Both the position numbers and the translations under genes were made by a program. 60,967 nucleotides of DNA, taken from the NCBI GenBank assembly GCA_041675125.1, contig JBAYUM010000001.1, positions 1 to 60,967 of the forward strand. The letters are read 5' to 3'. This stretch comes from Candidatus Nanopelagicales bacterium (GTDB taxonomy: Bacteria > Actinomycetota > Actinomycetes > S36-B12). Under the pieces are notes generated by a model. That model was not told the DNA's origin and did not search any database. It was given only the letters and a program-made list of their open reading frames with translations. This document shows positions 47,123 through 54,980 of the stretch, in pieces. The first letter of the stretch is position 1. The number at the start of each line of letters is the position of its first letter.

Positions 47123-47644
47123 ATGAGCAACATCTCGGAGGCCATGAAGGCCGCTGTGGGCACAGTCACTGCTCGCACCACGAGTTATCCCATCAGCGAA
47201 TCCGACATTCGCAAGTGGGCGCTCGCCGTCTACTGGCCCGACAAGCCACCGGCATACTTCATCGATTCTGCTGAGGCGGCCAAGACAGTGCACGGCGGAA
47301 TCGTCGCGCCAGAGGACTTCAACCCGTTCGCCTGGATCAGCGCCGGCCACGAGTCCCTCATCAAGAACTCCCTGCGCGCAGGGACGAATGACCCCGACTC
47401 GACCGAGAAGTCGCTCGGCATCGAAGGTCCAGGCCTGACCTTCATGCTCAACGGCGGTCTCGTGTGCGAGTACGGCGTCCGCATGCGTGCCGGCGACGTC
47501 ATCACGAGCGAGAGTTCGGTCGGCGAGTACAGCGAGCGCGAGGGTCGCCTTGGGCTCATGCTCTTCAGCCGCAGCATCTCGACTTGGACAAACCAGAAGG
47601 GTGAGATGGTCAAGCGGACCACCGGCACCCTGATTCGGTACTAG
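47123..47644 (+). CDS. MaoC_N / FAS1-like dehydratase N-terminal-type hot-dog protein (hydratase subunit A-like), copy 1
   Basis: 173-aa ORF with YPISESDIRKWALAVYWPDKPP ... PGLTFMLNGG ... LMLFSRSISTWTNQKGEMV. It is paired with the following MaoC gene, as in HadA/HadB-type heterodimers. Confidence 0.75.
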   Translation: MSNISEAMKAAVGTVTARTTSYPISESDIRKWALAVYWPDKPPAYFIDSAEAAKTVHGGIVAPEDFNPFAWISAGHESLIKNSLRAGTNDPDSTEKSLGIEGPGLTFMLNGGLVCEYGVRMRAGDVITSESSVGEYSEREGRLGLMLFSRSISTWTNQKGEMVKRTTGTLIRY

Positions 47645-47655
47645 GAGGAATGAAC

Positions 47656-48048
47656 ATGACTGTCAACGTTGGCGATGCCATCCCAACCTTCACCCGCGCC
47701 ACGGGCTTTGCGAACTGGAACCGCTATGCAGCGGTGAACGATGAGTTCGTACCGATCCACATGGACGACGAGGCCGGCGCCGCAGCTGGCAACGGCGGGG
47801 CGTTCGGCATGGGCAACCTCCAGTGGGCCTACCTGCACAACATGCTCCGCGACTGGATGGGGCCGAACGGCGAGATCCTCAGCATCGAGGTGCAGTTCCG
47901 CAGCCCGAACGTCAAGGGCCAGACCGTGACCGCCCATGGCGTGGTCACCGCTGTCGAGGGCGATGTCGTGACCCTCGACGTCTGGACCGAGCAGCAGGAG
48001 GGCACCAAGCTCGCACCGGGCTCGGCCAAGGTCCGCCTGGCCAAGTAG
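47656..48048 (+). CDS. MaoC-like (R)-specific enoyl-CoA hydratase hot-dog subunit, copy 1
   Basis: NWNRYAAVNDEFVPIHMDDEAGAAAG carries the D-x(4)-H-type hydratase motif region. ATG 47656 lies 7 nt after AGGAGG (47643-47648). The track start at 47650 is only 1 nt after the SD. Confidence 0.8.
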   Translation: MTVNVGDAIPTFTRATGFANWNRYAAVNDEFVPIHMDDEAGAAAGNGGAFGMGNLQWAYLHNMLRDWMGPNGEILSIEVQFRSPNVKGQTVTAHGVVTAVEGDVVTLDVWTEQQEGTKLAPGSAKVRLAK

Positions 48049-48063
48049 CGAACCGATCGACTC

Positions 48064-48100
48064 GCGTACGGCCACTGGGCACGACCCAGTGGCCGTACGC
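48064..48100 (+). terminator. Perfect 16-bp stem hairpin between the two hydratase gene pairs
   Basis: GCGTACGGCCACTGGG-cacga-CCCAGTGGCCGTACGC, read directly. There is no U-tract, so it may be an attenuator or mRNA-stability element rather than a full terminator. Confidence 0.45.
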
Positions 48101-48135
48101 GCTTCCAACCCCATGATCACCTGAAGGAGACACCC

Positions 48136-48633
48136 ATGACCGAGTCGTACCTCACTGAGGTGGTGCTGCAGGCCGCGGGCCGCGAGTGCTCGCGTGCGAC
48201 CAGTTACCCGATCGAGGCCTCCGACATCCGCAAGTGGGCTCTCGCCTCCTACTGGCCAGAGCAGCCCCCGCAGCACTTCATCGATGCCGAGGTCGCCCCG
48301 GAGGACTTCGACCCCTTCGCCTGGGGCCCTGCGCACTACGAGTCACTGCTGCCCGACGACGATGGCAGCGTCATCGTCCGCCACGGCATCAACGAACGCG
48401 CCCTCGGCTTCCCCGACTGGAAGTTCCGGGCTGGCCTCAATGGCGGCATGAACTGCACCTATGGGATGCGCATGCACGTCGGTGACGTCATCACGGACAC
48501 CAAGTCATGCGGTGAATACACCGAGCGCCAGGGCCGCAATGGCCTCATGCTCATCACCCAGTCGATCAGTACCTGGACCAATCAGAATGGCGAGGTCGTC
48601 AAGCGCACGATCAACTCCGGGATCAGGTTCTGA
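48136..48633 (+). CDS. MaoC_N / FAS1-like dehydratase N-terminal-type hot-dog protein, copy 2
   Basis: 165-aa paralogue of 47123-47644 (YPIEASDIRKWALASYWPEQPP ... LMLITQSISTWTNQNGEVV). Confidence 0.75.
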   Translation: MTESYLTEVVLQAAGRECSRATSYPIEASDIRKWALASYWPEQPPQHFIDAEVAPEDFDPFAWGPAHYESLLPDDDGSVIVRHGINERALGFPDWKFRAGLNGGMNCTYGMRMHVGDVITDTKSCGEYTERQGRNGLMLITQSISTWTNQNGEVVKRTINSGIRF

Positions 48634-49034
48634 GCACCATCGCAGTCGCCGCGATCGGCGACCTTGTTCGCGATGTCTCAATCCAGTCCGGGGTCGACAA
48701 TTGGAACAGGTTCGCGGCGGTCAACGATGAATTCCTGCCCCACTCCATGGACGACTCCGCCGCGCGCGCGGAAGGCTTCCCCGCAGCAATAGGCATGGGC
48801 AACTACCAGTGGGCGATCCTGCATCGCATGCTTCGTGGGTACACCGGACCCAACGGCGTGATTGTTCGGGTCGAAATCAAATTCCGACGCCCGAACGTCA
48901 AGGGGCAGATCCTGACACCCATGGGCCGCGTGACCTCTGTCGACGGCCGGGTCATCGGTCTGGATGTATGGACCGAGGACCAGACCGGCGCGCGTCTTGG
49001 TGAGGGAACAGCCCAAGTCGTCCTGGCAGCGTAG
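48630..49034 (+). CDS. MaoC-like hydratase subunit, copy 2; 5' end lacks a canonical start codon
   Basis: The frame is open from 48516. Residues encoded upstream of the first ATG (48747) align with copy 1 (IGDLVRDVSIQSGVDNWNRFAAVNDEFLPHSMDD versus VGDAIPTFTRATGFANWNRYAAVNDEFVPIHMDD). No ATG, GTG or TTG occurs in frame between 48516 and 48747. Candidate starts are a CTG at 48630, which overlaps the upstream TGA as CTGA, or an ATC at 48639. Confidence 0.55.
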   Translation: MSTIAVAAIGDLVRDVSIQSGVDNWNRFAAVNDEFLPHSMDDSAARAEGFPAAIGMGNYQWAILHRMLRGYTGPNGVIVRVEIKFRRPNVKGQILTPMGRVTSVDGRVIGLDVWTEDQTGARLGEGTAQVVLAA

Positions 49035-49079
49035 GCCATAGACCAGGCACCGAATCCAGTACCGGCGGTAGTGCAAACT

Positions 49080-49113
49080 GAGAGGACCCCGCAGAAATCC
49101 ACGGGGTCCTCTC
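49080..49113. terminator. Hairpin between convergent hydratase and VOC genes
   Basis: GAGAGGACCCCG-cagaaatcca-CGGGGTCCTCTC is a perfect 12-bp stem, read directly. Confidence 0.55.
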
Positions 49114-49144
49114 ATGCCGCTCTCACGAAATGCGGCAAGCGTGC

Positions 49145-50080
49145 CTAGCCTGCGAACGGATCGCCTGGAATGTCCTCATCCGTGAAGAACATCGGAGCAC
49201 CCAGGGTGTCCTCGACGTTGCAGTGGATGAGGTTGTCACGCAGTCGTGTGGTGCGAACACCCTGCTTGTTCAGCCATGCCTCTGCCGAGTTGAGGTCCTT
49301 GACCTTCCAGCGCAGCGAGTAGATGCAGTTGCCCCACTTCTCGACATGGCGCCCAAGATCGGAATCCATCTCGAGGGGTTGAGCCAGCTGCAGCAGGCAG
49401 TCACCCAGGATCACGGTCTGGTACTTGCACTGCAGGTCCTCATCTATTCCATCAGCCAATGGAACTGCCTGCATGATGTCGACATAGGTTGCCACGGCCG
49501 AATCAAGATCCTTGACGCCGAGCGTGACGTAGTTGAATCGCTCGAAGGTCATCGGATGCTGTTCGTACAGGCGCATCAACTCCGTGTAGGTGTCCTGATC
49601 CTTGGGGTCGTTGCGCATATCGATCTTGCAGAGCTCGACCATCAGGCCTGCAGTGTCGCGAGGGCTCGGGTAGAAGTAGAGCGTCTCGGGATCGAGCTTC
49701 TCGATCTTGCCACCACCCGGAGCGCCGATGTACACGCCCTTCTCAAGCAGGCGATCTGCGAGACCGGCGAGGTCCTCGACCTTGTAGCCCACCGAGTGCA
49801 GGTGCTCACCGAACTTCGAGTAGAACTTGCCCACCGGCTTGTTCACGTCGACCGGGAAGTTGGGGGCCATGGTCTCGATGCAGACATCCGCAACCATGAG
49901 CAGGCTCGCCCAGCGGTCCTCCGGCGGCAGGTAGTTGAGTTCATCGATACCCATGTAGAGGTACCCACCCAGACCACGACGGTAGAACTCGTTCAACTTA
50001 TTCACATCGTCGGTCATATGCACGATATGAATCATGTTGCCGATGCCGTAGTCACCGGTTGTCTTGTATTGCCTTCTCAT
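49145..50080 (-). CDS. Two-domain VOC (glyoxalase/bleomycin-resistance/dioxygenase fold) protein, paralogue 1
   Basis: 311-aa ORF. It has repeated beta-alpha-beta-beta-beta-type modules with candidate metal ligands in NMIHIVHM, GEHLHSVGYKVEDL and GLMVELC. The second domain begins FNYVTLGVKDLDSA. Confidence 0.75.
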   Translation of the reverse strand: MRRQYKTTGDYGIGNMIHIVHMTDDVNKLNEFYRRGLGGYLYMGIDELNYLPPEDRWASLLMVADVCIETMAPNFPVDVNKPVGKFYSKFGEHLHSVGYKVEDLAGLADRLLEKGVYIGAPGGGKIEKLDPETLYFYPSPRDTAGLMVELCKIDMRNDPKDQDTYTELMRLYEQHPMTFERFNYVTLGVKDLDSAVATYVDIMQAVPLADGIDEDLQCKYQTVILGDCLLQLAQPLEMDSDLGRHVEKWGNCIYSLRWKVKDLNSAEAWLNKQGVRTTRLRDNLIHCNVEDTLGAPMFFTDEDIPGDPFAG

Positions 50081-50121
50081 TGATCTCCTTTAAGGGCTTC
50101 GGCCTCGTTGGTAGGTCTGTC

Positions 50122-51057
50122 TTACTCAGCGAACGGGTCGCCCGGAATGTCCTCAGTGGTGAAGAACATCGGCGCACCGAAAGTGTCCTCTTCATTCGCC
50201 TGCAGCAGGTTGTCGCGGAGTCGCTCCGTGCGCACACCCTGGCTGTTGAGCCAGGTGGCAGCTGCGTCGAGATCGCGTACCTTCCAGCGCAGGCTGTAGA
50301 TCATGTTGCCCCACTTGGCCACATGGCGACCCAGATGCGAATCCTCCTCGAGCGGCTGAGCCAACTGAAGCAGGCAGTCACCGAGGTGCAGGGTCATGTA
50401 CTTGCACTGCATGGCCTCATCGATGCCCTCTTGAAGCGGGATCGCCTGCATCGTGTCTACGTACGTCTGCACGGCACTGTCGAGGTCCTTGCAGCCAAGA
50501 GTCACGTACGAGAAGCGCTCGAAGGTCATGGGATGGAACTTCCACATGCGGAACAGTTCCGACCAAGTTGGCAGGTCCTTGGGGTCGCTCGGCATGTCGG
50601 TCTTGCAGAGCTCGACCATCAAGCCGGCAGTATCGCGGGGACTGGGATAGAAGTAGGCGGTGTCCTCCTCGAGCTTGTCGATCTTGCCGCCGCCAGGTCG
50701 GCCGATGTACACGCCCTTGGAGATCAGCCGGTCAGCGAGGCCTGCCAGATCATCGACCTTGTAGCCCACTGAGTGCAGGTGCTGGCCGAACTTCGAGTAG
50801 AACTTGCCCACGGGCTTGTTCACGTCCGGCGGCATATTCGGCGCCATGGTCTCGATGCACACGTCAGAGACCATCAGCAGGCTTGCCCAGCGATCCTCGA
50901 TCGGAAGATAGGTGGGTGCATCCGGGCCCATGAAGACGAATCCGCCGAAGACGCGTCGATAGAAGTTATTGAGCTCCTCCACATCGTCGGTCATGTGGAC
51001 GAAGTGGATCATGTTGCCGATGCCGTAGTCACCGGTCTTCTTGTACTGGCGCTGCAT
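50122..51057 (-). CDS. Two-domain VOC-fold protein, paralogue 2
   Basis: ATG 51057 (MQRQYKKTGDYGIGNMIHFVHM) lies 5 nt after GGAGG and gives exactly 311 aa, like the other two copies. The track ORF (to 51183) adds 42 unsupported codons. Confidence 0.75.
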   Translation of the reverse strand: MQRQYKKTGDYGIGNMIHFVHMTDDVEELNNFYRRVFGGFVFMGPDAPTYLPIEDRWASLLMVSDVCIETMAPNMPPDVNKPVGKFYSKFGQHLHSVGYKVDDLAGLADRLISKGVYIGRPGGGKIDKLEEDTAYFYPSPRDTAGLMVELCKTDMPSDPKDLPTWSELFRMWKFHPMTFERFSYVTLGCKDLDSAVQTYVDTMQAIPLQEGIDEAMQCKYMTLHLGDCLLQLAQPLEEDSHLGRHVAKWGNMIYSLRWKVRDLDAAATWLNSQGVRTERLRDNLLQANEEDTFGAPMFFTTEDIPGDPFAE

Positions 51058-51217
51058 GGAGGCCTCCATCGAAGATGCGTGCAAGTCCGAAGGCAAAGTT
51101 AGGCCTCTGCAGCAGCCAAGGAGGTCAAAACAGGGAAATATTCGGCGGAATTCGGATGAACCCGGCAACCCGTCGCGTTCCAACTGGCCACGACTACTAG
51201 TGACCTTTGCGGATATC

Positions 51218-51237
51218 GCAGGGACCTAGGTCCCTGC
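51218..51237. promoter_or_regulatory. Perfect 20-bp palindrome GCAGGGACCTAGGTCCCTGC (DosR-box-like core GGGAC-N4-GTCCC)
   Basis: Read directly and checked to be self-complementary over all 20 nt. It lies in the 263-bp divergent region between VOC paralogue 2 (start 51057) and the amidohydrolase (start 51321). Confidence 0.45.
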
Positions 51238-51320
51238 CAGTTCCCAGATCACAGTTCCACTCTGAGTCCACGAGTACTCGCCGCACTCGCGCCGAGACCG
51301 TATCAATGGCTGGAGGAAAT

Positions 51321-52550
51321 ATGACACATTCGGCAATGGATGCCCAACAAGTGGAATCCATCATGGGCGGGCTCACCATCATCGACGGTGACAGTCACTT
51401 CGCTGAGCCGGCTGATCTTTGGACCTCTCGGGCACCAGCCAAGTACAAGGACCGCGTGCCGCAGTTGGGCGTGGTCGATGGAACGACGTGCTGGATGCTC
51501 GAGGGCAACTACTGGACAGGCCTCGGTGGTCACACGATCGCCAAGGGACAAACCAAGACACTCGGCGTGTTGAGCCTGCCGTACGAGGAGATCGACGACT
51601 CGGCATGGTCAGTTCCAGGTCGTCTGGAGCTCATGGACAAGCAGGGCGTCTACGCGGCGGTGCTGTATCCCAACTCCATCGGATTCGCATCGAATGCGGT
51701 CATGGGCATTCAGGATATCGAGTTCCGCAACATCGTCAGCAGCATCTACAACGACGGCATGGTCGATTTTCAGCACGAGTCAGGAAACCGCCTGCTCCCG
51801 CAGTGCATTCTCCCCATTTGGGATATGGACCTGACCGTCAAGGAGATGGCGCGACTGCATGATCAGGGCATCCGTGGTTTCACGGTGACTGACAAGCCGC
51901 AGATGGTGGGGCTCCCCGACCTTGACTCGCCCTATTTCGCTCCGATGTGGGCCTTGGCAAATGAGCAAGGTGCGGTCATCAACTTCCATATCGGCAGCGG
52001 CCTTCCGCCAAGCACTGGTGAGGCCTCACGTACGAACACGGTCGTCTCAGGGGCGAACTCCGACATCTACTGGCAGTCATTCGGTCCTCAGCGCCGCCTT
52101 GCAGTCCTTGCAACGCAGTTCTACATGTCGAATGTCCGAGTGATCACGAACCTGATCATGAGCAACATGTTCGATCGCTATCCCAACCTCAAGATCGTGT
52201 CTGCCGAAAGCGGCATCGGATGGGTGCCCTTCGTGCTGGAAGCATGTGAGTACCAACTCGACGAGATGGTGACGACGAAGGACGAGAGGGGTTTCCAGAA
52301 GCTCCGTCCCACCGAGTACTTCCGCAACCACATCTACGTGATGAGCTGGTTCGAGAAGTCAGCGATGAAGGTGCTCGACGATGTCGGCGTCGACAACGTC
52401 ATGCTCATGACTGACATCCCGCACCCCACCTGCTTGTACCCCAACTCCCGTGAGTACTTCGCAGAGGTGACCAAGGACCTTGCACCTGATGTCCGCCGCA
52501 AGTTGGTGCAGGATAACGCAGCGCGGGTTTACGGAATCACCATTCCATAG
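51321..52550 (+). CDS. Amidohydrolase_2 (ACMSD/LigW/LigI-type metal-dependent hydrolase/decarboxylase) family protein
   Basis: IIDGDSHFAEP (N-terminal metal ligands), INFHIGSG and LMTDIPHP (C-terminal Asp/His block). Start ATG 51321 follows GGAGG (51312-51316). ATG 51306 is possible. The track start at 51207 is unlikely. Confidence 0.8.
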   Translation: MTHSAMDAQQVESIMGGLTIIDGDSHFAEPADLWTSRAPAKYKDRVPQLGVVDGTTCWMLEGNYWTGLGGHTIAKGQTKTLGVLSLPYEEIDDSAWSVPGRLELMDKQGVYAAVLYPNSIGFASNAVMGIQDIEFRNIVSSIYNDGMVDFQHESGNRLLPQCILPIWDMDLTVKEMARLHDQGIRGFTVTDKPQMVGLPDLDSPYFAPMWALANEQGAVINFHIGSGLPPSTGEASRTNTVVSGANSDIYWQSFGPQRRLAVLATQFYMSNVRVITNLIMSNMFDRYPNLKIVSAESGIGWVPFVLEACEYQLDEMVTTKDERGFQKLRPTEYFRNHIYVMSWFEKSAMKVLDDVGVDNVMLMTDIPHPTCLYPNSREYFAEVTKDLAPDVRRKLVQDNAARVYGITIP

Positions 52551-52571
52551 CCGGTACTGTTCACCGAAAGA

Positions 52572-52607
52572 GATGAAGGGCGGGTGCAACAGCACCCGCC
52601 CTTCATC
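52572..52607. terminator. Bidirectional hairpin between convergent amidohydrolase and VOC paralogue 3
   Basis: GATGAAGGGCGGGTGC-aaca-GCACCCGCCCTTCATC is a perfect 16-bp stem, read directly. Confidence 0.7.
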
Positions 52608-52627
52608 ATGGCCTCAGACCGCAAGGA

Positions 52628-53563
52628 CTACTTGGCGAATGGGTCGCCAGGGATCTCCTCGTCAGTGAAGAACCAAGGTGCACCGAGGGTGTCCTCGACG
52701 TTGCAGACAATGAGGTTGGTGCGTGGACGGGTCGTGCGAATGCCCGCCTTGTTGAGCCATGCGTTTGCCGACTCGATGTCCTTGACCTTCCAGCGCAGGC
52801 TGTAGATGAAGTTGCCGTACTTCTCGACGTGGCGGCCGAAATCGGTATCGGCCTCGAGAGGCTGGGCGAGCTGCAGAAGGCAATCGCCGAGCTGCATCGT
52901 GTAGTACTTGCACTGCAGATCGTCGTCGATGCCCTCTTGCAGCGGAACTGCCTGCATGATGTCGACGTACGTCTTCACTGCTGCGTCAAGATCCTTGACA
53001 CCGAGCGTGACGTAGCTGAAGCGATCGATCGTCATCGGGTGCTGCTCGAACAGGCGCATGAGCTCCGTGTAGGTATCAGCGTCCTTGGGGTCATTCGGCA
53101 TGTCGATCTTGCACAACTCGACCATGAGGCCGGCGGTGTCGCGCGGGCTCGGGTAGAAGTAGTGCGTGTCCTCGTCGAGCTTCTCGATCTTGCCGCCGCC
53201 AGGTGCACCGATGTAGATGCCCTTCTCGAGCATGCGGGCTGCGAGGCCGGACAGGTCATCGACCTTGTAGCCCACCGAGTGCAGGTGCTCACCGAACTTC
53301 GAGTAGAACTTGCCAACGGGCTTGTTCACATCGACCGGGAAGTTCGGGGCCATGGTCTCGATGCAGACATCGCCGACCATGAGCAATGACGCCCAGCGGT
53401 CTTCTGGCGGGAGATAGCTCGGCACGTCAACGGTCATGAAGCCGAAGGCCCCGAAGACACGGTGGTAGAGCTCGTTGAGCTTGTTCACGTCATCCGACAT
53501 GTGGATGACGTGGATCATGTTGCCGATGCCGTAGTCACCGGTCTTCTTGTAGTCGCGCTTCAT
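52628..53563 (-). CDS. Two-domain VOC-fold protein, paralogue 3
   Basis: 311-aa ORF. By my hand count of a gapless alignment it has 58 differences from paralogue 1 (about 81 % identity). It includes an identical run MAPNFPVDVNKPVGKFYSKFGEHLHSVGYKV. Confidence 0.75.
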   Translation of the reverse strand: MKRDYKKTGDYGIGNMIHVIHMSDDVNKLNELYHRVFGAFGFMTVDVPSYLPPEDRWASLLMVGDVCIETMAPNFPVDVNKPVGKFYSKFGEHLHSVGYKVDDLSGLAARMLEKGIYIGAPGGGKIEKLDEDTHYFYPSPRDTAGLMVELCKIDMPNDPKDADTYTELMRLFEQHPMTIDRFSYVTLGVKDLDAAVKTYVDIMQAVPLQEGIDDDLQCKYYTMQLGDCLLQLAQPLEADTDFGRHVEKYGNFIYSLRWKVKDIESANAWLNKAGIRTTRPRTNLIVCNVEDTLGAPWFFTDEEIPGDPFAK

Positions 53564-53607
53564 TACTCTCCAATTGCGATTGCTAGTTGAGGATCTGGGG
53601 GGTCTAA

Positions 53608-53940
53608 CTAGGCCACGTAGCCGGTGTTGCCCGCCCAGTGCAGGACGGCAGGATCGTTCTCGCGGTCCATGGTGTCGGTCTGGGTGAAGCCTGCGGCGTT
53701 CGAGAACAACTGGCCGGCGGCCGTCGCGATGTCGGCCTCGTCGATCTCGTAGATGGCGACGAAGCGATTGAGCTTCGCTCCGGTCTGCGGATCGGTGAGC
53801 TGGTACCGCGTGACATTGCTGATCGATGGGATCGCAGCACGCACCTCGGGGATGTGCGTGCCCTCGTACCAGGACGCGAACTCAGGGATCTGCGTCTCGG
53901 TGGTGGCGCTCGAGAAGGCGATGAGCAGGGTATTGGCCAT
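53608..53940 (-). CDS. Small alpha+beta-barrel protein (EthD/Dabb-like; family assignment tentative)
   Basis: 110-aa ORF in operon position between the 3-hydroxyacyl-CoA dehydrogenase and VOC paralogue 3. Its size and the pattern LLIAFSS...FASWYEGTHIPEV...RYQL...FVAIYEID fit ferredoxin-like dimeric barrels. This is not verified by search. Confidence 0.45.
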   Translation of the reverse strand: MANTLLIAFSSATTETQIPEFASWYEGTHIPEVRAAIPSISNVTRYQLTDPQTGAKLNRFVAIYEIDEADIATAAGQLFSNAAGFTQTDTMDRENDPAVLHWAGNTGYVA

Positions 53941-54004
53941 GGTTGTCTCCGTTGTTGTCAGGCGTCGAAGCAGCCGCCAGCGGTGCCGGCGACCGTGTCA
54001 GCGG

Positions 54005-54859
54005 TTACGAGTCGTAGCGGTAGAAGCCGCGTCCGGTCTTGCGGCCGAGCCAGCCGAGCCGCACGTACTGCGTGAGCATCTTCGGCGGGAAGTACTTGGG
54101 ATCCTTCGTCTCGTTGTAGATCGAGACGCCCTGGGCGTGCACGATGTCCAGGCCGACGAGGTCGGCCAGGCGGAACGGGCCCATCGGGTGGTTGAAGCCG
54201 AGGGTCATGACGTCATCGATCGACTCCATCGGAGCCACGCCGCTCTCGAAGGCACGGATGGCATCATTGAAGAACGGGGTGATGAGCAGGTTGCCGATGA
54301 AGCCGGGCACGTCGTTGACGACCACCGGACTCTTGCCCATGCGCTGGGCGAGCTCCACCATCGCGGCCACGTCGTCCTCGGACGTGACCGGAGTCTTGAT
54401 GACCTCGACGAGCTTCATGGCCGGCACCGGGTTGAAGAAGTGCAGGCCCACGACGCGCTCAGGGCGGGTGGTGGCCGCAGCCAGGACCACCAGGGGAATC
54501 GTGGACGTGTTGGACGCGATGAAGGTGTTGGGCCCGACGAGCTTGTCGATGCGCCCCAGGATGTCGTTCTTGAGCTCCACATCCTCGTAGACCGCTTCAA
54601 CCACGATGTCGGCACCGGCGACATCGCCCAGGTCGGTGGTAATGGTGAACAGCTCGCGTGCCTTGGCCGCTACCTCCTCGGTGATCTTGCCGCGCTTGAG
54701 GGTGCCGTCGAGGCCTGCGTTGACCCGGTCACGCGCACGCTGGGCGCCGGCCTCACTGGTCTCGACGCCGACGACCTCGATACCGGTCTGCGCCGCGACT
54801 TGGATGATGCCGGTGCCCATGACGCCGCAGCCGACGACTGCCATCTTGTTGACTGTCAC
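54005..54859 (-). CDS. 3-hydroxyacyl-CoA (3-hydroxybutyryl-CoA-type) dehydrogenase
   Basis: KMAVVGCGVMGTGI (NAD fold), GLHFFNPVPAMKLVEVI and PGFIGNLL. GTG 54859 lies 8 nt after AAGGAG. The track start at 54898 is 13 codons upstream. Confidence 0.9.
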   Translation of the reverse strand: MTVNKMAVVGCGVMGTGIIQVAAQTGIEVVGVETSEAGAQRARDRVNAGLDGTLKRGKITEEVAAKARELFTITTDLGDVAGADIVVEAVYEDVELKNDILGRIDKLVGPNTFIASNTSTIPLVVLAAATTRPERVVGLHFFNPVPAMKLVEVIKTPVTSEDDVAAMVELAQRMGKSPVVVNDVPGFIGNLLITPFFNDAIRAFESGVAPMESIDDVMTLGFNHPMGPFRLADLVGLDIVHAQGVSIYNETKDPKYFPPKMLTQYVRLGWLGRKTGRGFYRYDS

Positions 54860-54932
54860 GTGAATGTCTCCTTGATCGCGCAGGCCGCGGCCGCGCATGG
54901 TCCGTCTGGTGATGATGGGACGCTAGTACAGA

Positions 54933-54971
54933 GCTGAGGCCCCGTCCACCTAGGGGGGACGAGGCCTCAGC
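54933..54971 (-). terminator. Imperfect GC-rich hairpin between thiolase and 3-hydroxyacyl-CoA dehydrogenase genes
   Basis: GCTGAGGCCCCGTCC-acctagg-GGGGACGAGGCCTCAGC, with one mismatch/bulge and a weak U-tract. It may be an intra-operon attenuator. Confidence 0.35.
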
Positions 54972-54980
54972 GCGGTCTGG

